Assembly: GCA_964106645.2 (NCBI GenBank)
Contig: OZ078259.1
Length of the DNA stretch: 64,000 nt
Reading direction: 5' to 3' (one strand)
Source of the DNA: Podarcis pityusensis
Lineage: Eukaryota
Under the pieces are notes generated by a model that was given only the letters and a program-made list of their open reading frames with translations, searched no databases and had not been told where the DNA came from. How positions within the stretch are numbered: position 1 is the stretch's first letter; every line of letters begins with the position of its first letter. The position numbers and the translations under genes are program-made. Positions 25,429 through 38,011 of this stretch are shown here, in pieces.

Positions 25429-25667
25429 CAGTGGTACCTCTAGTAATGAACTTAATTCATTCCGGAGGTCCATTCTTAACCTGAAACTGTTCTTAACTAG
25501 AGGTGTTCTTTCGCTAATGTGGCCTCTTGCTGCTGCTATGCTGCCGGCACACAATTTCTGTTCTCATCCTGGGGCAAAGTTCTCAACTTGAGGTAACCCT
25601 TCCAGGTTAGCGGTTTGTAACCTGAAGCGTTTGTAACCTGAGGCATTTGTAACTCGAGGTACCACGG
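25429..25667 (+). mobile_element. Tigger/pogo-like MITE (AACCTGA motif family)
   Basis: TA|CAGTGGTACCTC ... GAGGTACCACGG|TA, with three TTTGTAAC(C/T)(T/C)GA repeats at the right end. Confidence 0.9.
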
Positions 25668-25959
25668 TATCTCAGTTAGTGATCTCAGGGTTGTCAGAAA
25701 GAGCCACAAAATGCATACCCAACATCAGCCTGGATAGCTCAGTTGGTTGGTTTTTACATTTCTCCAGAAAGTCAATTATCAGGGAGATAGATGCACCTCA
25801 CTAGTGAGGACATTTCACTTAACAGGTCCTGTCACAGGTCCCCATCAACTGGACACTTCCCAATGGCAGCACCAGGCCTCACCTACCAATCACAGTATGA
25901 TTGGAACTGGGGAAACAACTCTTTTAAGTACTTGGGTCCCAATCCTTAAAGACTCCCAC

Positions 25960-26118
25960 GAGAGGTGGTGGACTTTCCTTCCTTGGAGGTTTTAAAACAG
26001 TGCTTGGATTGCCACCTGTCATGGATGCTTTAGCTGAGATGAGATTCTTGCATTGCAGGGGGTTGGACTAGATGACCCTTGGGGTCCCTTCCAACTCTAA
26101 GATGCTATGATTCTATGA
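25960..26118 (+). mobile_element. CR1 LINE 3' end
   Basis: ccttggaggttttaaaacag ... gggtcccttccaactc ... ctatgattctatga, the classic CR1 3' stem and (ATTCTATG)n tail. Confidence 0.8.
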
Positions 26119-26990
26119 AAATATATTCCATAGTGGAGTACACAAGGTTCACACTTCCACAAAACATACCAAATATTCATTAATGCTGCCAAATAAACTC
26201 ATATTTAGTGGGAACGTGCCAACCTTGAGATTTTGCTTCTGCTTCGGGGGCCATTTGTGATTTGTAATGGTAAGCTTTTAAGCTGTTTTTAATCTTGTAT
26301 TTTAAATTGTTGCAACCTGCCCTGGGACCTTAGTAGGGGGGAGTGGGGGGTAATAATAAGCATAAAAATTCAATGAAATCATTGTATGACTCCTTGGCTA
26401 GACTACTTCCTTAGTGATTCAGCAACTTGGCTGAGACCTGCCCCTTGCTCTGCTGAACAGCTTTGGGATTCACTGGTAAGATGGGAAATCACATCATTCA
26501 GGAACTGTGCAACTGAAACAGGAACGTACAACCTAGACAGAGCTTGATTTGCCAATAGGTCCTGGGGCACATGCTTTCTAGGATGTCATGACTTTCTTAT
26601 CCCAAATGAATTGGCACTGGTAGCAGCTACACGTTCAGAGACAGCCATCTCTTACTAGTCTGTTATTATTCCTGGTATTATGAACAGGATGCAAAAATAT
26701 ACCCAATTGTGTGCAATTAAGCTGGGCAGTTCATGAAGTGAGATTTACAGGATTTTACTTGTGTGGATTCCTCCTCCCCTCTTTCTCTCTGTGCATGAAA
26801 AGAAATAAACAACAGTGGGTATTTTCTTTAAAAACAACAACGGCAACAGCCTCACCATGCTTGCATTTTCATTTTTTTCAGAGTTAAGACTGGAATCTTT
26901 AATGCCATCCCCTGTCGAGTACTAAAGGAGGCAAATTATATTGGTTTGCCTGTTGACACACCATCCAATTACCTTACTAGAGAAACCTAC

Positions 26991-27086
26991 CTGGGTTTCG
27001 GCAGTGAGAGAAAAATGCAAAGACAGACAGATCTGACAACACAGAAGACAAGAAGTCTGAAAACAAATCCATACTGGCAGCCTCAT
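26991..27086 (-). other. Candidate 96-nt exon of an unidentified minus-strand transcript
   Basis: Acceptor ccattttacttcctAG and donor CAG|GTAGGT. Length divisible by 3 and open in two frames. No product recognised. Confidence 0.3.
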
Positions 27087-28188
27087 CTAGGAAGTAAAAT
27101 GGAACGTTGCGTGCCATCAAAAGGATAGAGCTTTGCAGCATTTTCTCATCTTTTGCAAGGGGATTTGTAACCCTGCCGCCATCTAAATTGACTTTCTGTT
27201 TTAGAAGAAAGCCCTAAACCACTAGATCTACTACTAGGAGAGGGTTTTTTTGTTTTTTTAAAGCACCATCTCCACCAAAGCATTGCTGCTTATGTTAATA
27301 TGACAGCGACTCAATTTATTCAAGTGCTGATCAATGCTAAACAATCAGAGGAGTTCATGTATTATGTATTTCAAAAAAACGATGCTAGTGCTTTTTAGTG
27401 GAATGTCACAAGGTTAACCAACTGGTAGACATTAGTTCCCTAGAGCCCAATTTCAGCTACAGCACTTGCTATCTGCTTCAAGGAGAAACAATAGCAAACT
27501 AAAGCATTGTTTGGTGCGCATAATGAACCACTCTCATAAACCTCAACCTTCAGAAGACATTATACTTTACAATTGGATACAGCAGACAATTACTGGATCT
27601 CCATTTGGCTGGAAACAGCCAACCTTGTGCTCTATTCCTTAACCATATCTCAGTAATTATTGATAGCACAATTGTCTCCAATTGCCCTGTTAATACAAGT
27701 GCATTAGCAATTAAAACCACTTGTTATGGTTTTATTTCCTGTCAGGTGAAGTACGACTCCCTTAAATCTACCTCCATTTATTAGAAACATAGCCTATGTT
27801 AGAGAGAGAGAGAGAGAGAGAAATGGAGAGAGATATATTGAAAGTGGGCAGTTCTTTTCTGTAATTATATTCTTTCTACTACCATTCTAGGCGGCTGCAT
27901 TCAAAATAGTGAATCACATTTTAAATGTGATGTGGGAAACAGCAGAAGAAAAGGCTATACAACCTTTCAGCCCAGCATTGGACAGATTGTTTCAAAGGAT
28001 CAATGGTGAGGGGCATCCTGGCCATGGAGGTAAACAGCCAATGGGATGCCCTCCAGATTTTTTGGGGGACTACAATTCCCATCATCCCTAGCTAGTGGCC
28101 AAGCTGGATGGGACTGTTGGGATATTCAGTGAGGGACAGAAATAAATTATATTCAGTTGACACTTAAGGCACACCTACCTAATTCTCA

Positions 28189-28544
28189 GGGACGCGGGTG
28201 GCGCTGTGGGTTAAGCCACAGAGCCTAGGACTTGCCAATCAGAAAGTCGGCGGTTCGAATCCCCGTGACGGGGTGAGCTCCCATTGCTCGGTCCCTGCTC
28301 CTGCCAACCTAGCAGTTCAAAAGCACATCAAAGTGCAAGTAGATAAATAGGTACCGCTCTGGTGGGAAGGTAAACAGCATTTCCGTGTGCTGCTCTGGTT
28401 GGCCAGAAGCGGCTTAGTCCTGCTGGCCACTTGACCCGGAAGCTGTACGCCGGCTCCCTCGGGCAATAAAGCAAGATGAGCGCCGCAACCCCAGAGTCGG
28501 CCACGACTAGACCTAATGGTCAGGGGTCCCTTTACCTTTACCTT
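28189..28544 (+). mobile_element. Sauria SINE, full length
   Basis: GGGACGCGGGTGGCGCTGTGG head, box B GGTTCGAATCC, (ACCTTT)n tail, 13-bp TSD tacctaattctca (28176-28188 / 28545-28557). Confidence 0.95.
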
Positions 28545-28809
28545 TACCTAATTCTCAATTTCAAAAGCAATGTAAGAACCAAAATACAGCCATCCTTAGA
28601 CTCACACTTCTCTGAATTTTACAGTGTAATTCTCTAACCAATGTTTACAAAATGCATATATTATGGGAAGAAATGAATATATTAGTGAAAATAATACACA
28701 AAAATACACAATTCAGGGACTAGGGTTTGAAAAAAATGTGCATATTAGTAAAAACTATTCATGAAATTGTGTTTATGAGGGTAAATTCACACAAAAATTT
28801 TGATGGGGA

Positions 28810-29140
28810 CAGACTATTCGCAGCATATATCTTTGGTGCTCCAAAGCTTGCACTGGCTACCAATATGCTACAGAGTCACATTCAATATTCTCATATTAAT
28901 TTGCAATGAGTTTCAAAACTTGGCTCTAGGATACATCAAGGACTGCCTGATCACTGAGATATTTTGGGGGATCTCTGTTAGTAGCCCCCACGGCTTGGTG
29001 ATGTGGTTTGTATCCACCAAGAGCCATGAATTCAATACTGTGGGCCCGATATTAAATAATTTCCATCCAGCTGAGGTGAGACAGGCCCACTCCTTGTCAA
29101 ATTTTCTGCACCTACTGCTTATTGTCTTATTCCAGCAGTT
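28810..29140 (+). mobile_element. L2-clade LINE ORF2 C-terminal fragment
   Basis: HISLVLQSLHWLPICYRVTFNIL matches the L2 HITPVLxxLHWLP motif. Confidence 0.8.
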
Positions 29141-32100
29141 CCAAAGCTTTATTCATGCAGGAACTATTTACATGATGAGTGGAGATGATGGTGAGAAAGT
29201 AGCAGACATCTTGCCTGGAGAGAACAGCAAACAAAATGGCTCAGCTTTTAGAGGTGGGGTTAACTTAGACAAAGCAAAAACAACAAGTAATTGCTGGCTA
29301 GACTGCTAGACAAACAGTGCCCTCCCATGGTTTAAAGTAGCAGGTGCATTAACTAGAAGTTTGTGAGAAGGCATGTGCTGTATTTGCTTTTCTCTAACAA
29401 GGTCTAACAGGAAAATGAACTTTGTAATAGAACAGACTTCTCCATCCTGGGGTCCTCCAGGTGTTTTGAAGTACAAATCCCATAATCCCTCACCAGCATA
29501 GCCAACAGTCAAGGATGATGAGAGTTGCAAAAACAGTTTGGAGGCCATGAGGTTAAGGAAACTTTAGGGGAAATGTAGTGACTAATCACTTAGGATAAAG
29601 TTTTAGAAAAGCAGTGGGTTGGTGAAGCTTCTTTGAGTACCGGAAGGGAATTAATGGGAGTAGGTAGCTCATGGAGTAGAGCTCCTTTAAAGTTCTCAGG
29701 CGTTATTGACCCAAGTCCAGTGCAGAGGTTCATGATGCATCAAGAGAAAACAAAATGTAGTGTTACCAAAGCAGAAATGGAATCTTCTAATGCAAAATCC
29801 TGATGCAACCTCAAGTCTAGTTTGTCTGACTGTCTTTACCATGCAAGGATAGCTTTTCATATGAGATTATTCACTTTTATTATAGCTCATAAATATAGGT
29901 GCTTTAAACCCATTCTTGAATTTCTTAGGTCCATGTCAAGGGAAATGTCTTAGGATAAATTTTACTCCTCTGTGAAATTAGGACTCTGTGAGTTTAGAAA
30001 GATTATATAGCTAGCCTGCCCTGCTTGCAGCTCATGAAGATAGAATACCATGGAACACTGATAAAGATGTTCAATGACACTAATGCCAGACTTCATACAT
30101 CACTATGCCTTGCAAAGGATACTTAACATCTCCTCAGATTAGCAAGCAGATCAGCACTAAATTAAAATTTATGATAAGAATTTTAAATAATTTATAGAGA
30201 TTATGTTACGATGCTACCTCAGAGCTTCATTTCAGTGCATGCTTACAGCAAGTGTCTATTATAGGAAGATGAAATTCAGTGTGTCTGCACACACAAGTCC
30301 TATTCAGGCCTTGTAATTTTTCATATGATTAGGGGCAGTGGGCATGAGTATTCTAGTTCCACCTCCCAGTACCTGTTACACTCACTGGTTTGGTGAAAGA
30401 ACTTCTGAAGAAGGGGGCCTTTTCTCTAGGCACCTTGCATGATTTAGAATTCTGGTCTTCTAGAGTTCTAAACTGCATGGGGACCCTGCATGAGAACAGC
30501 AGGCTCCTCACTCCAGATGTTCACCTGCCACTCCTAGAGGACAACAAAGCTAGCAATCAGAGTGCATAGCTATTGTGCTCATTTAATGACATCTGGACAA
30601 TCATGAGTTTCCCATCCTTGGTTTATGCAACCAATCAGGTAGATGGAGGGTTAGGCTTCTAATCCACACAGCTGCTTTGCTTCAGAATAAGGAAACTGTG
30701 GAGGAAAACCTGATTCAAAGAGCTAGATGAACACTGAAGAAGAGGACTAAATAAAATGTGGATTTGCATTAAAAACATATACAGTACTTTACATGTATTG
30801 GTGCACAGTCATAACTGTACTTTTCATTGCACCTTACTACAGGAGTGGGGAATATGACCTGGTGGTCTTTGCAACTGCTCAGTCTGCTAACCACTAATGG
30901 GCAACTTGAAGGCCTTGGCTTGTCTTCTGGTGTGCAGTTCTTTATCTCAAAATCGGACCTGGACAGACAGCCCTTCAAATAGAGGGCACCTTCAAATAGA
31001 GGGTTATCCTCTGGGTCACTCTAAGCAGACCTAAATTCCATAAGAATACATTAAAGCTGTAGTACAAGAATCACCCTCCTGAGAATAAACCCAACTGAAT
31101 TCAATGTGACTGAATTCAGAGTAGAGTTTAAGGGGCCTTCCAAAAATTGCCACAAACTATGCAAAATGGTGTTCAAACTTGAGCTGGCCAATATTTTCAG
31201 GATTTTCTTTTTACAATTAGAGGAAAAGAAATCACTTGCCAAAAAAAAAAAAAAAAAAAGAGGGTGAGGAGGAGATATAATGCAAGTTATCATGATGAGA
31301 AAGAGTTTGGTTTACCTTATCTAAATAAGGTGAAGAGAATATTTATCTTCATTGCTAGAAATAGCCTTGCATGACATGGGTGAAAGCATGCCCAAACTTC
31401 ATAAACCCTGACATGTTTGCTGCCAGAGGAGCGTCAGGATGTCCATGATAACATTCCCAGACCACTGCAACCCCCTGCCACACAAAGTGTGGTCATTTCT
31501 GGTATGCTTCATGCTCACTGGTTGCTAACCATGCAAAGCTTATTTACTTAAGTTTAACAAGCCAGGTTCATAACGGTAAGTTTTGAATTAGCCATTGTTT
31601 GTTTTAAATGCAGATTTGTGTCTCAGATGCAGGAATCATACCCACCAAGAGGCATGAGTTTGTGGGTACAATTTTATGCAACTCTCTTCCAGTCAAGAAC
31701 AGACAGGCACCTTTCCCTAATGAACCTCTGGTGCCTGCTGGACTCTTTTATACCTGGAGCTATTATAATGGAATTCTGATTCTATTATTTTACTGCTTAG
31801 TGACAACTGTAATTAAGCAGTATATAAATTGTCAAAATAAATAATAAATAAATAAAGATGTAACAATAAGCCAAGATTCATTAAAAAGCAAAAACTAAAG
31901 TTGGCAGAAATTTTCTACCTGTTTGTTCAGGAGAAGGGGATGTAAGAAACATTTCTTTGGGGTTTTTTTTTTGGAAGATCATTCATGTAGCAGTAAATGT
32001 ATGAACTGGGTCTGTGAAAAATAATAACCTAGGTGCAGCCTTCCAAATGGTGTTAGGGTTATACAGTAACTCCCATTAGCATGGACAATGTTCAGGAATT

Positions 32101-33924
32101 ATGGGAGCTATAATTCAAAAACATCAAGAGGACACCATTTTGACTATTGCTGAATCAGATGAGGAATCAAAACAACTCGACTTCAGCAGCAAAACTGGTA
32201 CCTAATGACAAATAAAGTATGCTAAAATAAATAAATAAATACTAAATGAGATTAGAAATGTGCCTGTGACAAATTGTGGAACAGATATTGTGGAACAGAG
32301 ATGATAATATAAACTAAGAGGTCAATGGGTTATTCACCCCTGGGTAGAAAAAATAGGTCAAGGCAGACAGACTTATGCTTAATTCTCCAGAGGTGCAATT
32401 ATTTTAGGATATTTAAACCCTAGATTTATGATAATGAAACCTCTTTCTCAATGCTACATGTAAATAAATTATTCAAATTGATTGCTTTGATCTCCGAAAA
32501 CTGTTGGTTAACATTTATAATATTTCAGCTTGGCAAAATTCAGAAAGATTAAATTACCCCAAAAATAAACCATGCAGAGATTAGGCTGTGGTTTTCATAA
32601 TGAAGAATATTTACAGTATCTCTATTTTTTTTAACTGACTAATTGGTCTAGAATTCTCAAACTGGAGAGATATACAACTCATTCTACGAAATCTCTTACA
32701 TTTTTGCTAATTCTCCACAACCTGGTTCATACATGCAAATCCACTGCATGATGACTCCAATACGAAATTAAGACTTAAATGTGCGAGTGAACCATCTCAA
32801 ACAGAACTCAAAAATAGTAACAGTTCTGGGTGTTGTACACACATTCAGCAGCTTGTGAGATATATAGTTGTTTCACCCATGCATATGCATCATTTGATGG
32901 CTAATGCTCGATTTGAATCCTTGGTGAGGGTTGGGGGGGCAACAACAGGTTTGTAGTGATATCATTCTCAGTGCTTAAAAAGTACACACGTGATGGGTCA
33001 TTCACTCATATTTGATGTTGCATTCTGACACAAAAAGAACATGTTTGTGTGAAATAACTGTGAAGCCATATGACTATTCTTTTAATAAACAAATGCATGT
33101 GTTGGAAAAGTTTAACCTGCTTCATATTCCATGTGTTCAAGGACCTGTCTGTATAGAAGCTAGGGCATCTATATCCAAATGCCTGTAGGGACCCTTCATG
33201 TGATGATCTGTACCCTACAAACCCAGAGATGTGTTTTGTGCTGTGGAAGCTGGACATTGAGCATATGGAATACGTCCTTTTCATATGTTCCATTGCACAC
33301 TTTTAACTTATCTTTTTGATTGTCTTCCCCCTCCCAGTTTTTATAATGCTTGCCCAAAGACAACAATAAAATGAGAAAGATGGGAAGATGGTGGCACATA
33401 AAGTAGTGGAATAAAGAATATAATTATAGATAACCATTATCCAGTATATGGTGTAAGCATACATGTCCATGTAGCTCAGTGAAGGGGAACTGGTGGTTCT
33501 CCTGATCTTGTTGGACTCTAGCTACCATCAGTTCCAATGTTTAGAGAATGTGGGAGATGTGGTTTTGTACTGTAATATATGGAAATTCACTGTTTCCTCA
33601 TTCTTTCTATAGGCAATCCAAATGGCCCAAAAGATTTGCTGAAGTGTTGCCAGCAGCATGCTATGTGTGTTGAGGACAGTAATATCTTCAGTCTAATGAT
33701 GAGGAAAAGATTGTATTTCCTGTGTTGAAAGTACAACTATTTTTCATGTTCACGTTCATTAGTACACTTATCTGCAATGTCTCATGTGTAAGCAACCAAA
33801 GAGTTGGAATCTAGAGTAAGTGAGGAATCTCCTTTCCCTGTACATCTCACCCTAGTCATTTTGATCTATGGATAGAGATCTAATGACCATGTCACATGCC
33901 GCTGTTGTAAATCATGCTGTGATT

Positions 33925-34275
33925 CAAGCACATGCTTTTGGTGTTGTGGCACCAGCTCTATGGAATCCTCTTCCCTTAGAAGTGAAGCAAACCCCAACAT
34001 TGCTATGTTTTCACTGTTTGTTGAAAACTTTTCTTTTCTCCTATGCCATCGCAAATCTGCCTACTTTACTCCTGCAGTTTTTAATTCAGGTTGCTTCTTG
34101 CGTCTTAAAGGTGTTTATTATCCGTGTTACATTTTACAGTCTTTTTTTGCTAGTGTAATGTTTAGCTGCATTGTATTTTGCAATTGTTTATATTTTACCA
34201 TCGGACAGAGTTCATTTTTATTGGAGGTTGTGAGCTGCCTTATAGACAAGTTCCTCAAAAGGCGGAGTATATATA
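33925..34275 (+). mobile_element. L2-clade LINE 3' end, old
   Basis: AFGVVAPALWNPLPLEVKQTPTLLCFHCLLKTFLF matches the L2 ORF2 terminal motif, followed by a T-rich 3'UTR. Confidence 0.75.
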
Positions 34276-34720
34276 TATTTAGAAATAAGGAAAATACATA
34301 ATAGACTCTGAGATGGTCCTCTTGCACACCTCTGAGAAAAAGCATATATAAAATCAAGGTTATGCTTCAACTCCAAGAGAGAAAGGTTGGCGATAGTATT
34401 AAGAGACGACATTGTATAGCTCTGGCTTTGGAAGGTCTCACACTTTTCTCAGCATTTTTACAGGAAATTGAACTCAAAGTAAAAGCGGGGATCAGGTGTT
34501 TTAAGATGCCAGATGCTTGACAGTTCCCTGCTCACCTTGCTGGCCTTTTGAAAACTCTGGATCATATCAGACACACTTAAAAGCAGCACCTGCAAAAAGG
34601 TGAACTTTAGAAAAGGGAAATGGGATTTAGTTGTCTCCTTAACGTCATTGGCAGACAGGGCCACATTTTATCTGGGTTTAACAACCCAAACATCGTGACA
34701 AGGTAATCTGTCACTATAAA

Positions 34721-34803
34721 AGGAAGGAAGGGAGGGAGGGAGGGAGGGAGGAAGGAAGGAAGGAAGGAAGGAAGGAAGGAAGGAAGGAAGGAAAGGAAGG
34801 AAA
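34721..34803. repeat. (GGGA)n(GGAA)n purine microsatellite
   Basis: Directly visible. Confidence 0.95.
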
Positions 34804-37005
34804 GCAGCGAGGACCCCATTCTCATATTGCTTTGGACATTGCTTGTTTTTATTTCAATCTTCATTCACACAGTCATCTATTTGGGAAATGAACCTGACAT
34901 GCTAGCAGGGGGCATTTCAGATATTTCAGTGTCAAGAAAATCACAAATATGCAAATGTATTTTAAGGACATTTGCGGTAGTTTGTATGTATATGTTAAGG
35001 GCCGTGCTATGTTTTCTAGAAAAAGAGGTACTGGAACTCAAAGTGAACCCCTCCCTTGTTCTCTTATAATGGCAATGGTGCCTACCTGAGAGGTTCCAGA
35101 ATGGAATTGAGGTGAGTTCTGGTGTGTGTGGGGAGCCCTGGTTAAGTTGTTAATGTGCAAAACAAGCAGCTATTGTACCGCATTCACTGGGCATCATGGA
35201 GAATGTGCACATAAAGCTTCCAGGAAGAGGTAATTCTGCACATTTCCTGATCAATATATGGGAAATGTGCATATATTGACTAATTTTGTACACTCTCCAG
35301 TGATTACACATAATCAAGAGGTTTTGGAAAAATATACATATATCAACTGAATTTTGTGCACTCTCTGGCCATTACGCAAAATCCCCAACAGACTGTGGGT
35401 AATGTGCATATCTCAATTGTTATTTTGTATATTCCCTTGGCAACACACACATTCTCTGATCAGTATGCATAGCCTCCAAGCAACATGTATTCTTCAAAAC
35501 TTCTTTTTCAGAAATGTATATTTTCCATTCCCTGAGCTGCTACAACATACCCTCCCAATCAAAGCTAGCCCACAGATGAGGGAGGGTGAAGCAGCCACCC
35601 CAGGCAGTGGAAACACAAAAGGTGGTGCCCTGCTTGCCCCACTGTTTCTGTCACTGCCAGAGAAGTCTGCTTTCTTGCTGGTCAGCACCAAAGCTCTCTA
35701 GAACACCCCCTATCACCAAAACCTTTCAAGTGGGAGGCATTCCATTGCTCCACTTAGGTGCTGGACAGTGTCAAACCTTGGTGAGAGTGGAGTGTTCTGG
35801 ATGCTCTTACAGACTTGCTCCCTGGCAGTGAAGGTTTGCAAAGGCTATGCATTGCAAAGATTCATGCCACCTGCAGCACAGGGGCAGCCGTGGGACATTT
35901 TGCTTCAGATACAAAAATATATTGCGCCTCGCCTGCTCCCAATGATCACAATTTCTGCCAAGGAGACAGGATGAATCCAGTCTTTTAAAGCTTGCCTAGT
36001 AACACCCAAGCCTTGTAGCTACAAAATAATGTGTCAGTTTTCCCCCTCCTTTACAGGTAAATTTCCTCCATCTCCACAAATTGGCACAATTTTGTGTAGG
36101 TGTAGCATTCTTTTAAGGCTTTTCAAGCATGATATTCCCTACTGCATTATCTTCCTGATAGACGAAGGTACCCACTACCGCCGCTTTAATGACCGCCTCT
36201 GTGTAAAAGACGGTATGGTATGTTAATTATGAATCCCCCCTGGGAGACAGATCTCTGCTGTCTGAATCTAATCCAACCACATCCACTCTTGCAGCAAATT
36301 TCAGAGTAAGAGATGTTTACCTCTGCTTGGAATCAACACAAGCAAGATTTCATAATGCAGACTGACATGGGGAGGGATGCATTCTCAGTCAAGTGTGTGG
36401 CAGAGCTCCATTTCCTCCCTACCAGCACATGTCTTTATATAACAGCAATGCTAGGCAAAACATTCAGAGATACTGCTCCTTTTCTAGTACTCACAGATAT
36501 AAATCTCGGGTTACCAACAGGGCAATGATGGGCACACACCCACCTACAGGGATCTTCCCTGGTGCCTGCATGTTCCCTCCCCCCATTCAAATTAGGTCCA
36601 AAAAAAGTTGAGCAGGTATGCCTGGGAGAGGCCTAGCTGAAATGGGAATGTGAGAGAAAAGATGAAAACCAGGCAGCAAATGGGATTTAAATGAAATCAA
36701 GTTCACAGGTGGGGAATAAAACAGTTCTTTTATCTGGAGGGCCAAGCGATATTCACGTGACTTTTGATTTACACTTGCAGAGTTGTTCCTTCAGGCTTGG
36801 TGTTAAATAAATGAATAAGGAAACAAAACACATAGCTGGTGGTGCTGGGAAGGTATAAATGGGAGAGCCCATGAGGCCACTGAATAGTGCTTCCACTCCC
36901 CCACCCCATACTTAAGGCAATGGAGAAAGCTTTTTTAAGGCTAATTGGGTTAGCCACACCACCTTACACAAAAGGATCTAGAGTTACAGAGAGACATGTG
37001 GGGGC

Positions 37006-37410
37006 TAGGGATGGTTGAATCTGTCACTTTTGGTTCTTCTCAGCTTCTCATTTTCCCATGCAAGTTCAGTGCTCCACATTTCCCCTTCATTTCACAATTT
37101 TGTTGCTGTTGCTGTTGTTTAAAATCCCTCATGAAGATTATCCAGCATTTTAGTGTGATTTTCTCCTAATATGCACATTAGAATGCAATTTTGCCTAATA
37201 CAGGTATACACATTTTCTGAATAAAAACAGATATATATTTCTATATATTTTCTATATATCTCTCCCCCCCCCCCCATGATATTAGGTTGGAGCACTGCAT
37301 TGCAAAATCTAGAGAAGTGTGAATTTCAAAGGATGGCTGTGCTCCAGTTTGTGCATTGTTTCAGAATGTGCCTTAAATATGAACTGAATTGAATCTCTCC
37401 CCCATCCCTA
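37006..37410. mobile_element. Non-autonomous DNA transposon with TAGGGATGG TIRs
   Basis: TAGGGATGG ... CCCATCCCTA. Homologous to 19081-19484. Confidence 0.65.
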
Positions 37411-37759
37411 GCTAGGACAGAAACAGATGGAAGATCTCCCTTTGGAAAGCGAGCCAAACCAACTATAGCAGTAGGATCTTGGTCCTGAGCAGCAGGCAGG
37501 GTGTAAGTATAATAGGCAGGGCTTGGCTAGATCTGTTAGATCTGAAGCACAAGAAGAAGAAATGCTAGAAGCACTCCAGGCCCCAGTATCATGACCAGAT
37601 CAGATCTGAGCTACAGCTCATGAGATGAAAGAGGCCCTTGAATCAGGGAATGCTGAACTAGGGCCTCTGGTGTCTGTATCCTTGGAGCCTGCACTGCTTG
37701 AGGGATTCCATGCATGCCGTGGACACACGTCTCCATGTCAGCCTGTTAGTGCAATCAGT

Positions 37760-38011
37760 GAGGAGGAGGAGGAGGAGTTTGGATTTGATATCCTGCCTTT
37801 CACTCCCTTTCAGGAGTCTCAAAGCGGCTAACATTCTCCTTTCCCTTCCTCCCCCACATCAAACACTCTGTGAGGTGAGTGGGGCTGAGAGACTTCAAAG
37901 AAGTGTGACTGGCCCAAGGTCACCCAGCAGCTGCATGTGGAGGAGCGGAGACGCGAACCCGGTTCCCCAGATTACGGATCTATCGCTCTTAACCACTACA
38001 CCACACTGGCT
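37760..38011 (-). mobile_element. tRNA-derived CORE-type SINE (Squam3-like) with (CTC)n tail
   Basis: Minus-strand head AGCCAGTGTGGTGTAGTGGTTAAGAG, box B GGTTCGCGTCTCC, MIR/CORE-like gtgaccttgggccagtcac, L2-like tail. Confidence 0.85.

Noticed and set aside
27728-27752. Additional AG|GT junctions (also ~7717, ~15137, ~45915, and minus strand ~55040)
   Set aside because: The reconstituted donors (GTGAAG, GTGCAT, GTGAAA, GTGTTA, GTAAAC) are weak. They show the chance background against which the three reported recursive-site candidates must be judged.
28800-29309. 169-aa ORF
   Set aside because: The N-terminal part is a decayed L2 ORF2 C-terminus and the rest is read-through into unrelated sequence.
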